The notes under the pieces were generated by a model. It was not told where the DNA came from. It saw nothing but the letters and a program-made list of their open reading frames with translations, and ran no database searches. 64,000 nt of DNA from a virus. Taxonomy: Duplodnaviria; Caudoviricetes. The DNA lies in the IMG/VR virus record IMGVR_UViG_3300030376_004742, positions 19,900-83,899 of that record; one strand, 5' to 3'. This document shows positions 10,773 to 18,226 of the stretch, piece by piece. The translations under genes were made by a program, and so were the position numbers. Numbering within the stretch: position 1 is the stretch's first letter; the number at the start of each line of letters is the position of its first letter.

Positions 10773-11359
10773 TATATCTCGCCTTTATCAGCAGCAGATT
10801 CTAAAGCACCACCTTTCAGTTGTCCTTCTATATCTTCTTTTCCAATCTTCTCTTTAATTTTTTCTAATTCATCAAAGATCTTACCAGAGTCAACCATCAT
10901 TTTATCTAGTTGAGCCGCTGTTCCTTTAATAATTTTCCCTGAACTTTCATCATATGAATCTAATGTATAATTAGTTTTATCAATAAAGTCACCTCTTTGA
11001 GATAACTTCTTTTCATATCTTACTAATTCTTTTTCTGATATTGTTAAACAAAAGTCTTTATAAGCTTCTATTAACCCTACAATCTCTGGGTGATCCCAAT
11101 TAAATCCTGGATCAAACCAATCTTCATTTATAATTTTTATTCGTGTAGTGTGAGGTTGTGTTCTTAGTTTATTATCTTCATGTGGATCTATTAGCATAGC
11201 TATTCCCCACATTAGTTTAGAAGATTCTTTTTTTCCTTTTGTTTTATCTTTCTGATATAGCTTCTTAAAAGCACCAAACTCTTGCACCATAGGGTGAAGA
11301 GTCCAATAATTTTCATTAACAAGCCATGTTTTTGCTAAACTAACCATCTGTTTTATCAA
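10772..11359 (-). CDS. Putative terminase small subunit (195 aa)
   Basis: Helical protein translationally coupled to terL (1-nt overlap); inferred from position only. Confidence 0.5.
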   Translation of the reverse strand: MIKQMVSLAKTWLVNENYWTLHPMVQEFGAFKKLYQKDKTKGKKESSKLMWGIAMLIDPHEDNKLRTQPHTTRIKIINEDWFDPGFNWDHPEIVGLIEAYKDFCLTISEKELVRYEKKLSQRGDFIDKTNYTLDSYDESSGKIIKGTAAQLDKMMVDSGKIFDELEKIKEKIGKEDIEGQLKGGALESAADKGEI

Positions 11360-11633
11360 CTTTTACAGCCTGTAACATAGCGTCACCTTGTGCAATAGTT
11401 TCTAGGTCTAATTCTTCCCCATCCGCTATTAACTCTAGGTTATTCTCATCGTCATAGGCTTTGAATATTTGTTTTAATTTAATTTCTTGTCTAGTTATAT
11501 TCTGCATAAAACCTAACAAGCGCATACGTTCCTCCTCTTCTGAGCAAAAGGCAATGGCTTTTACACCATTGTCTTTCACTACAGTTAAGAAAATATCTAG
11601 TTCATTTAAGAACTCTTCCCTTTTATCTCCCAT
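11340..11633 (-). CDS. Hypothetical protein (97 aa)
   Basis: ORF tiling between groEL and putative terS. Confidence 0.6.
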   Translation of the reverse strand: MGDKREEFLNELDIFLTVVKDNGVKAIAFCSEEEERMRLLGFMQNITRQEIKLKQIFKAYDDENNLELIADGEELDLETIAQGDAMLQAVKVDKTDG

Positions 11634-11635
11634 AT

Positions 11636-13141
11636 TTAATCTTCCTCTCTAATTACTATACAATCAGTTGTGAATATCATAGTGGCTGCGCCAATTGCAT
11701 TCTTGATTGTTGATTTAATTACTAATGTTGGATCAATAATATCTAGTGTTGCTACACTCTTATTATGAGTAGACGTAGAAACAATGCCAGAGTTGCTTAA
11801 TATTACGTTAACAATATCTGCTAAAGATTCTGATAAGATATCAGACCCTAAACTTTCTACTGTAGATAATTTACCTTCAGCTAGTTTTCCGTAAGTTAAA
11901 CCACCACCAGTTACAAATCCTTCTTCCATAGCACTACGTACTGCACGGATTGTATCATCAATTCTAGTTTTCTTTTCTCCAACTTCTGTTTCATTTGAAC
12001 CTCCTACATAGATAACAGCTGCACCTGATGTAAAAAATGCTAGTCTCTTTTTATAGTTATCAACTAAACCTTCTTTATCAGTTGCAATCTTATCTTCATA
12101 AAATGCTACTCTCTTCTCAATCTCTTCTGCTTCTCCTAACCTTCCTATAATATTTGTTTCCTTTAAAGTCATCTCAACGCTTTCAGAACTACCACAATGT
12201 GTAGCTTGAAAGTCAGATACTTCCCAACCTGCTTGTTTACTTAATAGAGTTGCGCCTGTTACACAAGCTAAATCTATACACGCTTCTTTTCTTGCTTCTG
12301 CAATAAATGGAGCACGTATTACCTCTAAAGCAATTTTATACTTCTCTTTATTAAATGCTATTACTTCAGCGGCAGCTCCAGTTAAATCATTACAAATAAT
12401 TAATAACGGAGTACCTAACTCTTCTTGTACAGCTAAAAGCTTTAATGCTTCTTCTGCTGTAGTAATGTCCATATCTAATACAGCAATTCTACAATCTTTA
12501 TGTCTAACATTAGATCTCCCATTAGCCAGTGAAGGAAGAATATGGGAACGGTCTAGTTTAATACCATCCGTTGCGTCCAATGTTGTTTCATAACTTCTGG
12601 AATCAGCTACAGTTACGTGACCTCCTTCTCCTACGACTGTAAAAGCTTCAGTTACTAACTCTGCCATTTCCGAATCACCGTTACAAGCTACGAGGGCAAT
12701 TGAATAAATGTTCTTATATCCAACGGGCGAACTTAACGTTTGAAGTTCTGCCAATACAATTGGCTCTACTGCAAGTAGTTCTTTTTTAAGTTGCATAGGT
12801 TGAACACCTGTTTCAATTAAATTAAATGCTCTCTCAACAAGACCTTTAGTTAATACAGTAGTACTAGTAGTACCATCACCTGCAACTTTAGCTGTCTCAT
12901 TAGCTGCTTGATTTATTAATTGTGCTGCTACGTTTTTAGCAGGATCTTTTAATTTTATAAAACCTGCTACGGTAGCACCATCTTTAGTCACTGTTGGTAC
13001 ATTGTACTTCATAGTGATTGCCACGTTTTTACCATAAGGTCCAAAAGTAGTGGAAACAGCATCAGCTGCTTCCTTACTACCTTCTAATAATTTGGCACGA
13101 ACCTCTTCTCCCTTTAGAATGGTTACAAAATCTCCTACCAT
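11636..13141 (-). CDS. groEL: Chaperonin GroEL/Cpn60-like (501 aa)
   Basis: TFGPYG, TKDGATVA, GDGTTS, GG..E.E..EKK.RIDD, EG.V.GGG and IIDP..V motifs; lacks the GGM tail. Confidence 0.93.
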   Translation of the reverse strand: MVGDFVTILKGEEVRAKLLEGSKEAADAVSTTFGPYGKNVAITMKYNVPTVTKDGATVAGFIKLKDPAKNVAAQLINQAANETAKVAGDGTTSTTVLTKGLVERAFNLIETGVQPMQLKKELLAVEPIVLAELQTLSSPVGYKNIYSIALVACNGDSEMAELVTEAFTVVGEGGHVTVADSRSYETTLDATDGIKLDRSHILPSLANGRSNVRHKDCRIAVLDMDITTAEEALKLLAVQEELGTPLLIICNDLTGAAAEVIAFNKEKYKIALEVIRAPFIAEARKEACIDLACVTGATLLSKQAGWEVSDFQATHCGSSESVEMTLKETNIIGRLGEAEEIEKRVAFYEDKIATDKEGLVDNYKKRLAFFTSGAAVIYVGGSNETEVGEKKTRIDDTIRAVRSAMEEGFVTGGGLTYGKLAEGKLSTVESLGSDILSESLADIVNVILSNSGIVSTSTHNKSVATLDIIDPTLVIKSTIKNAIGAATMIFTTDCIVIREED

Positions 13142-13452
13142 TTCCCTTTAAAAGTTCTTTCATTAACTATTAAGTACTCTCCATCTGGAGTAACAGTTGC
13201 ACCTTTCATAGACTCAGGAGTCCCTAGTGCAATATCACCTGCTTTAAACCTTGTACAGTCATCAGCGACAGCGATTATCTCAATCTCTCCCCACATTTTT
13301 GCAAGTACTGTTCCTAAAAATGCTTCCTTTTCTTTATTAGGAAGTTTTGATGCCTCAGCATCTATAGCTTTACCTTTTTCTTTTGTTGCTGGGTTAGCTA
13401 TTACTACATCTCCCCCAAATACTGTTGGGTAACCTGTTTTAATCTCAGTCAT
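13135..13452 (-). CDS. groES: Co-chaperonin GroES/Cpn10-like (105 aa)
   Basis: G.I.IIAV......FKAGD.....V..DGEYLIV.E pattern; overlaps the groEL start. Confidence 0.7.
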   Translation of the reverse strand: MTEIKTGYPTVFGGDVVIANPATKEKGKAIDAEASKLPNKEKEAFLGTVLAKMWGEIEIIAVADDCTRFKAGDIALGTPESMKGATVTPDGEYLIVNERTFKGKW

Positions 13453-13457
13453 AACGT

Positions 13458-13703
13458 TTACTTTTTGTTTTGTTTAGCAGTCCTCACTGCATGTAATTTA
13501 TTAATTTTACCTGGTTTTGCTACCAGGAGGCCAATATGGCGCAGTCGTACATTTAAGAACGTAGCAGGATCTCCGGATTCACCTTTTTTCATCGCTTCCC
13601 TAGCGCACTGGAATTGGGATTCCACTATAGCTTTTGCTACATACTCCGGTATGTTAGATTCCTTAGCTACGTTCTTAATGATATTTTCAACTCTTTTTTG
13701 CAT
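13458..13703 (-). CDS. IHF/HU-like DNA-binding protein (81 aa)
   Basis: Two N-terminal helices (IIKNVAKESNIPEYVAKAIVES) followed by V.LRHIG.L.AK beta arm; common in crAss-like phages. Confidence 0.65.
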   Translation of the reverse strand: MQKRVENIIKNVAKESNIPEYVAKAIVESQFQCAREAMKKGESGDPATFLNVRLRHIGLLVAKPGKINKLHAVRTAKQNKK

Positions 13704-13711
13704 TCTCCTAT

Positions 13712-13825
13712 TTATTTACCAGCCTTAATGTCTTTCTTGGCTGCTTTTTCTGCCTTCTTAATTTCCTTGATCTCTTCTTCACTGAAGCCCAATTCAATTA
13801 ATTCATACTCTTCTTTTTTTGTCAT
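13712..13825 (-). CDS. Small charged protein (37 aa), not in the ORF track
   Basis: MTKKEEYELIELGFSEEEIKEIKKAEKAAKKDIKAGK; fills the gap between the HTH and IHF genes. Confidence 0.5.
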   Translation of the reverse strand: MTKKEEYELIELGFSEEEIKEIKKAEKAAKKDIKAGK

Positions 13826-13858
13826 TGCCTTAATTCGGTTAAAGTGTTTTACATTTGA

Positions 13859-14224
13859 TTAACTAACTTTAAAGATGAAGGACAAATCCAATTCCTGGTC
13901 ACTAAGATCTAATTGATACACTTTAGGAATCATATTTCCTTCTTTCAGTATCTCTTTCTTTCTTAGCGAGCTGATAGCGTTTCTAAGAATTGCTTGACTC
14001 ATATTGAGTTGCTCTGCAATCTCTTCTCTACTATTACTGTTCAATACTAAAGCGATTCTATCTCTTACATTTGATATGTCACGCTTTTGGTAATAACGGT
14101 AAAGAATCTCAGCAAACACATCAGCCTCCCTTGGCCGTAGGCCTTTTAGGAATGGTCTGATTAATTCCACATATGCGCGGAATATCTCCCTTTCACCTTT
14201 ATTAATTCTAAATTCTTTTCTCAT
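13859..14224 (-). CDS. Winged-helix/HTH DNA-binding protein (121 aa)
   Basis: REEIAEQLNMSQAILRNAISSLRKKEIL helix-turn-helix; first gene of the late operon. Confidence 0.65.
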   Translation of the reverse strand: MRKEFRINKGEREIFRAYVELIRPFLKGLRPREADVFAEILYRYYQKRDISNVRDRIALVLNSNSREEIAEQLNMSQAILRNAISSLRKKEILKEGNMIPKVYQLDLSDQELDLSFIFKVS

Positions 14225-14262
14225 TATTATAATTTATTATTAATAATTTTGTTTACATATTA

Positions 14263-14293
14263 CAAAGATAATAATAATTTTCATTTTAACAAA
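14263..14293 (-). promoter_or_regulatory. Bacteroidota sigma promoter TTTG-N19-TATCTTTG for the HTH-IHF-groES-groEL-terminase operon
   Basis: Plus CAAAGATA (14263-14270) and CAAA (14290-14293). Confidence 0.8.
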
Positions 14294-14324
14294 TAATTAA
14301 TTACATTATTTTAGTAAAAAATAC

Positions 14325-14369
14325 AAAAAAAGACCAGATAACTACACTATTTCAGCAATTATCTGATCT
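14325..14369 (-). terminator. Strong rho-independent terminator
   Basis: Minus AGATCAGATAATT...AGTTATCTGGTCT followed by U-tract. Confidence 0.8.
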
Positions 14370-14388
14370 ATGTCATGTTTCTTACTCT

Positions 14389-14484
14389 TTATGACTTGAA
14401 GATTTTGCTAAATACAGCTGGAAATACTAAAGTACCAACTACACCACAAAGTGCTCCAAGAAATAATCCTGTTAAAAATCCCAT
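14389..14484 (-). CDS. 31-aa single-TM membrane peptide, not in the ORF track
   Basis: MGFLTGLFLGALCGVVGTLVFPAVFSKIFKS; flanked by a -7 element and a terminator. Confidence 0.65.
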   Translation of the reverse strand: MGFLTGLFLGALCGVVGTLVFPAVFSKIFKS

Positions 14485-14511
14485 ATTAATTCTTTTTTAT
14501 TGTTATTGTTA

Positions 14512-14519
14512 CAAAGATA
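14512..14519 (-). promoter_or_regulatory. -7 element TATCTTTG for the 31-aa peptide gene
   Basis: Plus CAAAGATA 28 nt upstream of the ATG at 14484. Confidence 0.6.
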
Positions 14520-14927
14520 CGTAATTTATTCCATTATAAAAAATTTTTGGACAAAAAAATGCGTAAATTTTTCACTGTTTAGTGTACTTTGTTATAATAT
14601 TGATTGTTATTATTGATTTATAGGATGTAATCCTATTAGGATCTATTTACTGGCTATAAGGTTCTTAGTAGGAACTAGAACTAATGTGGTAATAAGGTGT
14701 TACTAACATGAGCCTATAAAAAAAGAAACAAACTTTCTCTCCCTATGTTTTTTTGTTTGAAAATCTACCAATAAAAAACTGCTGACATTTCATCACCAGA
14801 GAAACTTGAACCATACCTTCATAACAAGTTATCTTTTGTTCTGTACCTTTAAAAAGGTATTTACCTGATCCAAGTAACTTCCGACTTTTATTAGGTGTTA
14901 CAAGTGTATTGAATTACTCAACTGTTA

Positions 14928-14958
14928 CAAAGATAGTAAATTTCTTCGCTTAATACAA
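14928..14958 (-). promoter_or_regulatory. Promoter TTG-N20-TATCTTTG with no obvious downstream gene
   Basis: Plus CAAAGATA (14928-14935) and CAA (14956-14958). Confidence 0.6.
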
Positions 14959-14975
14959 GCTTTTTTAAAAAAAAC

Positions 14976-15176
14976 TTACAAAAAGTTCACAATTTCCTTA
15001 TCTCTGGAGAGTTCTACTGCTTGGACAATGAAGATTTGAGACTCTGCTGCTACTTCATATTGTACATTGTCTCCACTAATTACATGTCTAGTTACTAATC
15101 TAGGTTGTTGATTAGGATCTGTTTTTAGATAGACTATGTCACCGTGCAAAAACTCTGCCTCATATGTTAATGTCAT
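14976..15176 (-). CDS. Small beta-rich (SH3/KOW-like) protein (66 aa)
   Basis: F.HGD.VYLKTD..Q.PR.V pattern; has its own promoter. Confidence 0.6.
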   Translation of the reverse strand: MTLTYEAEFLHGDIVYLKTDPNQQPRLVTRHVISGDNVQYEVAAESQIFIVQAVELSRDKEIVNFL

Positions 15177-15220
15177 AAGATTGGGGTATTAGTTTCTACT
15201 TTTATACTTATTGACTTGTA

Positions 15221-15251
15221 CAAAGTTAAGTAATTTTCAGGATTATTCAAA
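15221..15251 (-). promoter_or_regulatory. Promoter TTTG-N19-TAACTTTG
   Basis: Plus CAAAGTTA (15221-15228) and CAAA (15248-15251). Confidence 0.7.
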
Positions 15252-15397
15252 GGGAAAAAAGAAAAAAGTAGTTAAAGGTGTAAAAAAGGAATTTAAAAAG
15301 TAGGTACACTTACATAACTAAAAGATAAAACTAATGGTAAAATTTTTTTTGGAATTTTTTTTGATCTGCGTATTTGCTTTTATGTCATAACTATAAT

Positions 15398-16010
15398 AAA
15401 AAGCCACCCCATCATGAGTATGGGTGAATAGCCCCGTGTGTAAAATTAAATCGCTCTCAGTTAAGTCAAGTAGATTTAGTTAGCAGTTTAGTCTGTAATT
15501 ATGCACGTGATATCTAGTGTCCGCTGCCCTCTTGACGGTACGTTGCAGCCGTTCTAGTTATCATTTTTTGTACCATATTAAACTATTCAGGTACTATTTA
15601 TTCAGAACAGGTAATCAGGTGTACTTGTGAGTAGTAGCTTTGACTACACGGTGTGATACAAACTCTCACCTGTTCTATTTTAAATGTGTTCGTGACGCCC
15701 ATCACGTGTAAAGTTGTTTGAGAGTGCAACACACATTAGACATTGTGTATTTATAGTATGTAGGGTACCAAGAATGAAATAGTTCTTGGATGCAAACTAT
15801 GAATACATATTTTTTCATCAATTAATTTGTTTTTAGTGTGTAAAATTTATCAGGAATAACTAAGATAATTCAGTACACACTGTGTTTTTATTTAATATTT
15901 ACCAAGATAGTTCTCAGACGTTGTGAAATATATGTGCTGACGACTATCTTGTGTATTTATTATGAGATTTGTTGTGCGTTTGTGAAAGAATGTGCTAACA
16001 ACTATCTCCC
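15398..16010 (+). ncRNA. Candidate structured non-coding RNA region (family not recognised)
   Basis: ORF-free; several 5-9 bp stems, a three-way junction, a GAGA tetraloop and G-U pairs that work on the plus strand; see findings. Confidence 0.4.
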
Positions 16011-16079
16011 CTTATTTTGTATTTTCAGATACTCATTCATCACAGTATCATTATTATTATATAACTAAAACCTTGTATT

Positions 16080-16262
16080 ATGTTTAAATTTACTTGGGCT
16101 ACTTTGTTAGCTTTACTTATGACTTTATGTTGCGCTGCATTATGGATATGTGGATACGTAACAGAGGAACTTAATGATGCTGCTATGAATATGCTAGTAT
16201 TATTCTTCTTTGGATTGTTAGGCATTACTGCTCTATCAACATTACCTGAAGATAAGTTTTAA
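16080..16262 (+). CDS. Small two-TM membrane protein (60 aa)
   Basis: Two hydrophobic segments; first ORF of the plus-strand block. Confidence 0.55.
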   Translation: MFKFTWATLLALLMTLCCAALWICGYVTEELNDAAMNMLVLFFFGLLGITALSTLPEDKF

Positions 16263-16346
16263 CTTACTACCTGAACATGTGTTTAAACTGTTCAATTTTT
16301 TGTTTATTTATTTATTAATTTAATTAAGTCTTTAGGAGAGACACGA

Positions 16347-16805
16347 TTGCTTATGGCAAATTTAACTAAAAAAGATGCGTTGAACATATTAGGTTCTCGC
16401 TCACCGATTACTGAACCTGGTAAATACGTTGCAACTGTTACTAACTGTGGCGATTTCCATAGAGAACTTGCAAATGGAGGTTCTGTTGTAGCTATTGCTA
16501 ACTTCAATGCTATGACTTCTTACCATATGAGTGAGGCAAAGAAAGCCTTAACTGCAGGAGATTTAAATAAAGCTCTTAACTTTGGTCTTTCATTATCTAT
16601 TAGAGATACTGATTACAGACCTGCGAAGAAAGAACGTGTACACATTGATGTTGAATACGTTACTACTAAAGCAGGAGAACAAGCACTTATGGTTGTTGGA
16701 TTAACTCCAATTGCTGCTAAGTCTATTTCTACTAAATGTGATTTCTCAGAATTCTTAACTGATGCTGAAGAGATTACTAATGAGGCTGAAGAGCAATTAA
16801 ACTAA
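16347..16805 (+). CDS. Early protein, possibly OB-fold-like with acidic tail (152 aa)
   Basis: Codon usage typical of high expression, followed by a terminator; fold is a guess. Confidence 0.6.
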   Translation: MLMANLTKKDALNILGSRSPITEPGKYVATVTNCGDFHRELANGGSVVAIANFNAMTSYHMSEAKKALTAGDLNKALNFGLSLSIRDTDYRPAKKERVHIDVEYVTTKAGEQALMVVGLTPIAAKSISTKCDFSEFLTDAEEITNEAEEQLN

Positions 16806-16815
16806 TTTAAGTTTT

Positions 16816-16847
16816 GAGGGAGGTACTAATGTGCTTCCCTCTTTTTT
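16816..16847 (+). terminator. Rho-independent terminator
   Basis: GAGGGAG/TTCCCTC stem plus T6. Confidence 0.8.
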
Positions 16848-16932
16848 CTAACTCGTTTTACTTTATATGAATCGTCAGATGATCTCATACTGATACTGCA
16901 TAATAAGACAGTAAGACACAACATCATTATCT

Positions 16933-17052
16933 ATGGAGATTTCAGATATCCAAGAACCTGGAGCAGTATTCTTTTCTGCTTTGTATAAGATAGCAATCTT
17001 TGGATTCGTTGTCTTCGTAGCGTGGAATGTTCTACGTAAAAAAGAAATGTAA
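16933..17052 (+). CDS. 39-aa single-TM peptide, not in the ORF track
   Basis: MEISDIQEPGAVFFSALYKIAIFGFVVFVAWNVLRKKEM. Confidence 0.5.
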   Translation: MEISDIQEPGAVFFSALYKIAIFGFVVFVAWNVLRKKEM

Positions 17053-17077
17053 TTATTAACCTTTTAATATCATCACA

Positions 17078-17242
17078 ATGAAAAAGTACTTCACATTTGT
17101 AAACTTCTTTAGAACGTTGCTTATCTTGAGTCTTGTATTAACTGTTTTCTACCTTAGAGTAGGAGACCCGTATTCTGCTATAATGTCTATCATTTGTGCA
17201 GTAGCGGCAGGTAGTGTAGTACTAGATATTTCTAAATCCTAA
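17078..17242 (+). CDS. 54-aa two-TM peptide, not in the ORF track
   Basis: MKKYFTFVNFFRTLLILSLVLTVFYLRVGDPYSAIMSIICAVAAGSVVLDISKS; preceded by the TAACC motif. Confidence 0.6.
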   Translation: MKKYFTFVNFFRTLLILSLVLTVFYLRVGDPYSAIMSIICAVAAGSVVLDISKS

Positions 17243-17260
17243 GCTTATGTTTATAGAATC

Positions 17261-17372
17261 AAATGGTTGTGTTACACCTCAAGAGTATGTAACAAACCCA
17301 AACTCGTAATTAAAATGGTTGTGTTACTTACCACGCCTAACATCGTACCTCAAGAGTATGTAACAAACCATT
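17261..17372. repeat. Duplicated hairpin unit (15-nt and 23-nt direct repeats)
   Basis: AAATGGTTGTGTTAC at 17261 and 17313; ACCTCAAGAGTATGTAACAAACC at 17276 and 17347. Confidence 0.9.
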
Positions 17373-17415
17373 GTAAACCATTGACGTAAAGTCTTTGGTT
17401 TTTTGTGCGAAAAGC

Positions 17416-17558
17416 TGAGAATGGAAAGTAAAGCTGCCGCAGTTATGTATTATGCTGCCGCATCTAATTATTCTTCCAGCCGCACCTCATCATCATATCA
17501 TTAGCAGTAAAGATGAGAATGGAAAGTAGACGCATCTTAGTCTCTTCCTGACGCATCT
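17416..17558. repeat. Nested direct repeats (iteron-like)
   Basis: TGAGAATGGAAAGTA at 17416 and 17514; GCTGCCGCA at 17433 and 17454; GACGCATCT at 17529 and 17550. Confidence 0.85.
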
Positions 17559-17591
17559 CTGTATTATAATATAAACCACATATAAAATATA

Positions 17592-17843
17592 ATGAAACAT
17601 GAACAAGCACTACAATCAACTGTAGCTAAGTTTACCGATAAAGATGGTAAAGTAGTTGCTGGTGTGCGTAGTATTATTAACTTCTATCTTAATCTATTAG
17701 ATGAGACTGACTCGTCATTGAGCAATCGTCCGTCAATAGATAGAGATGTATTAAAAAGATTTAAAGAATCAAGTATTAAACATGAACTCAAGTATCTTAG
17801 TCAGTTGCAAAACTGGAGTGATAAAAAGGGTTACAAAAAATAA
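17592..17843 (+). CDS. Hypothetical protein (83 aa)
   Basis: ORF with an A-rich leader. Confidence 0.6.
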   Translation: MKHEQALQSTVAKFTDKDGKVVAGVRSIINFYLNLLDETDSSLSNRPSIDRDVLKRFKESSIKHELKYLSQLQNWSDKKGYKK

Positions 17844-17850
17844 CATATAC

Positions 17851-18081
17851 ATGAAGAACAAACAACTTTTTAATTGGGCTATCTATGGATTATTCATACT
17901 GTTTGCAGTAGGATCTTATTTCGTAATTAAAAGCCAAAGCAGATGTGACTACAGCATCACAATTGATCACAACAATATCTTAGTAGATACTAAAGATGGT
18001 GATCACTATGTCTTAAATGTATTAGATGCGTCAATAGACCAAATAATATTTGATGACATCGCAGAACGTGACTCGTTGTAG
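17851..18081 (+). CDS. Membrane-anchored hypothetical protein (76 aa; start re-assigned from 17782)
   Basis: ATG at 17851 just after the previous stop; N-terminal TM helix. Confidence 0.6.
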   Translation: MKNKQLFNWAIYGLFILFAVGSYFVIKSQSRCDYSITIDHNNILVDTKDGDHYVLNVLDASIDQIIFDDIAERDSL

Positions 18082-18226
18082 GCAACAGAAACATTTTTAT
18101 AACGTATTATATGTAACAGGTGGACCGTAAAAGGGAGCAAGCTTGTTACAATATACAAACCACTAAAAAGAGTACCTAACCTAACCACTATTTATTAACT
18201 ATTTATTTATTATTAAAATCAAAAAA

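Noticed and set aside
1274-13862. Plus-strand ORFs 1274-1525, 4886-5182, 5901-6116, 6173-6463, 9910-10368, 11461-11652, 13465-13728, 13614-13862 and the alternative-frame 3796-4023
   Set aside because: Antisense or out-of-frame shadows of well-supported structural genes, with hydrophobic low-information translations typical of AT-rich reverse strands.
14790-14820. tRNA T-loop-like GGTTCAAGT on the minus strand
   Set aside because: No T-stem pairing or cloverleaf; I found no tRNA genes in the window.
15640-15655. Group I intron R-like element (GACTACA)
   Set aside because: No matching P, Q or S elements or P7 partner, and no interrupted gene flanks the region.
17261-17372. CRISPR array
   Set aside because: Only two units, the variable part lies inside the repeat rather than between repeats, and there are no cas genes.
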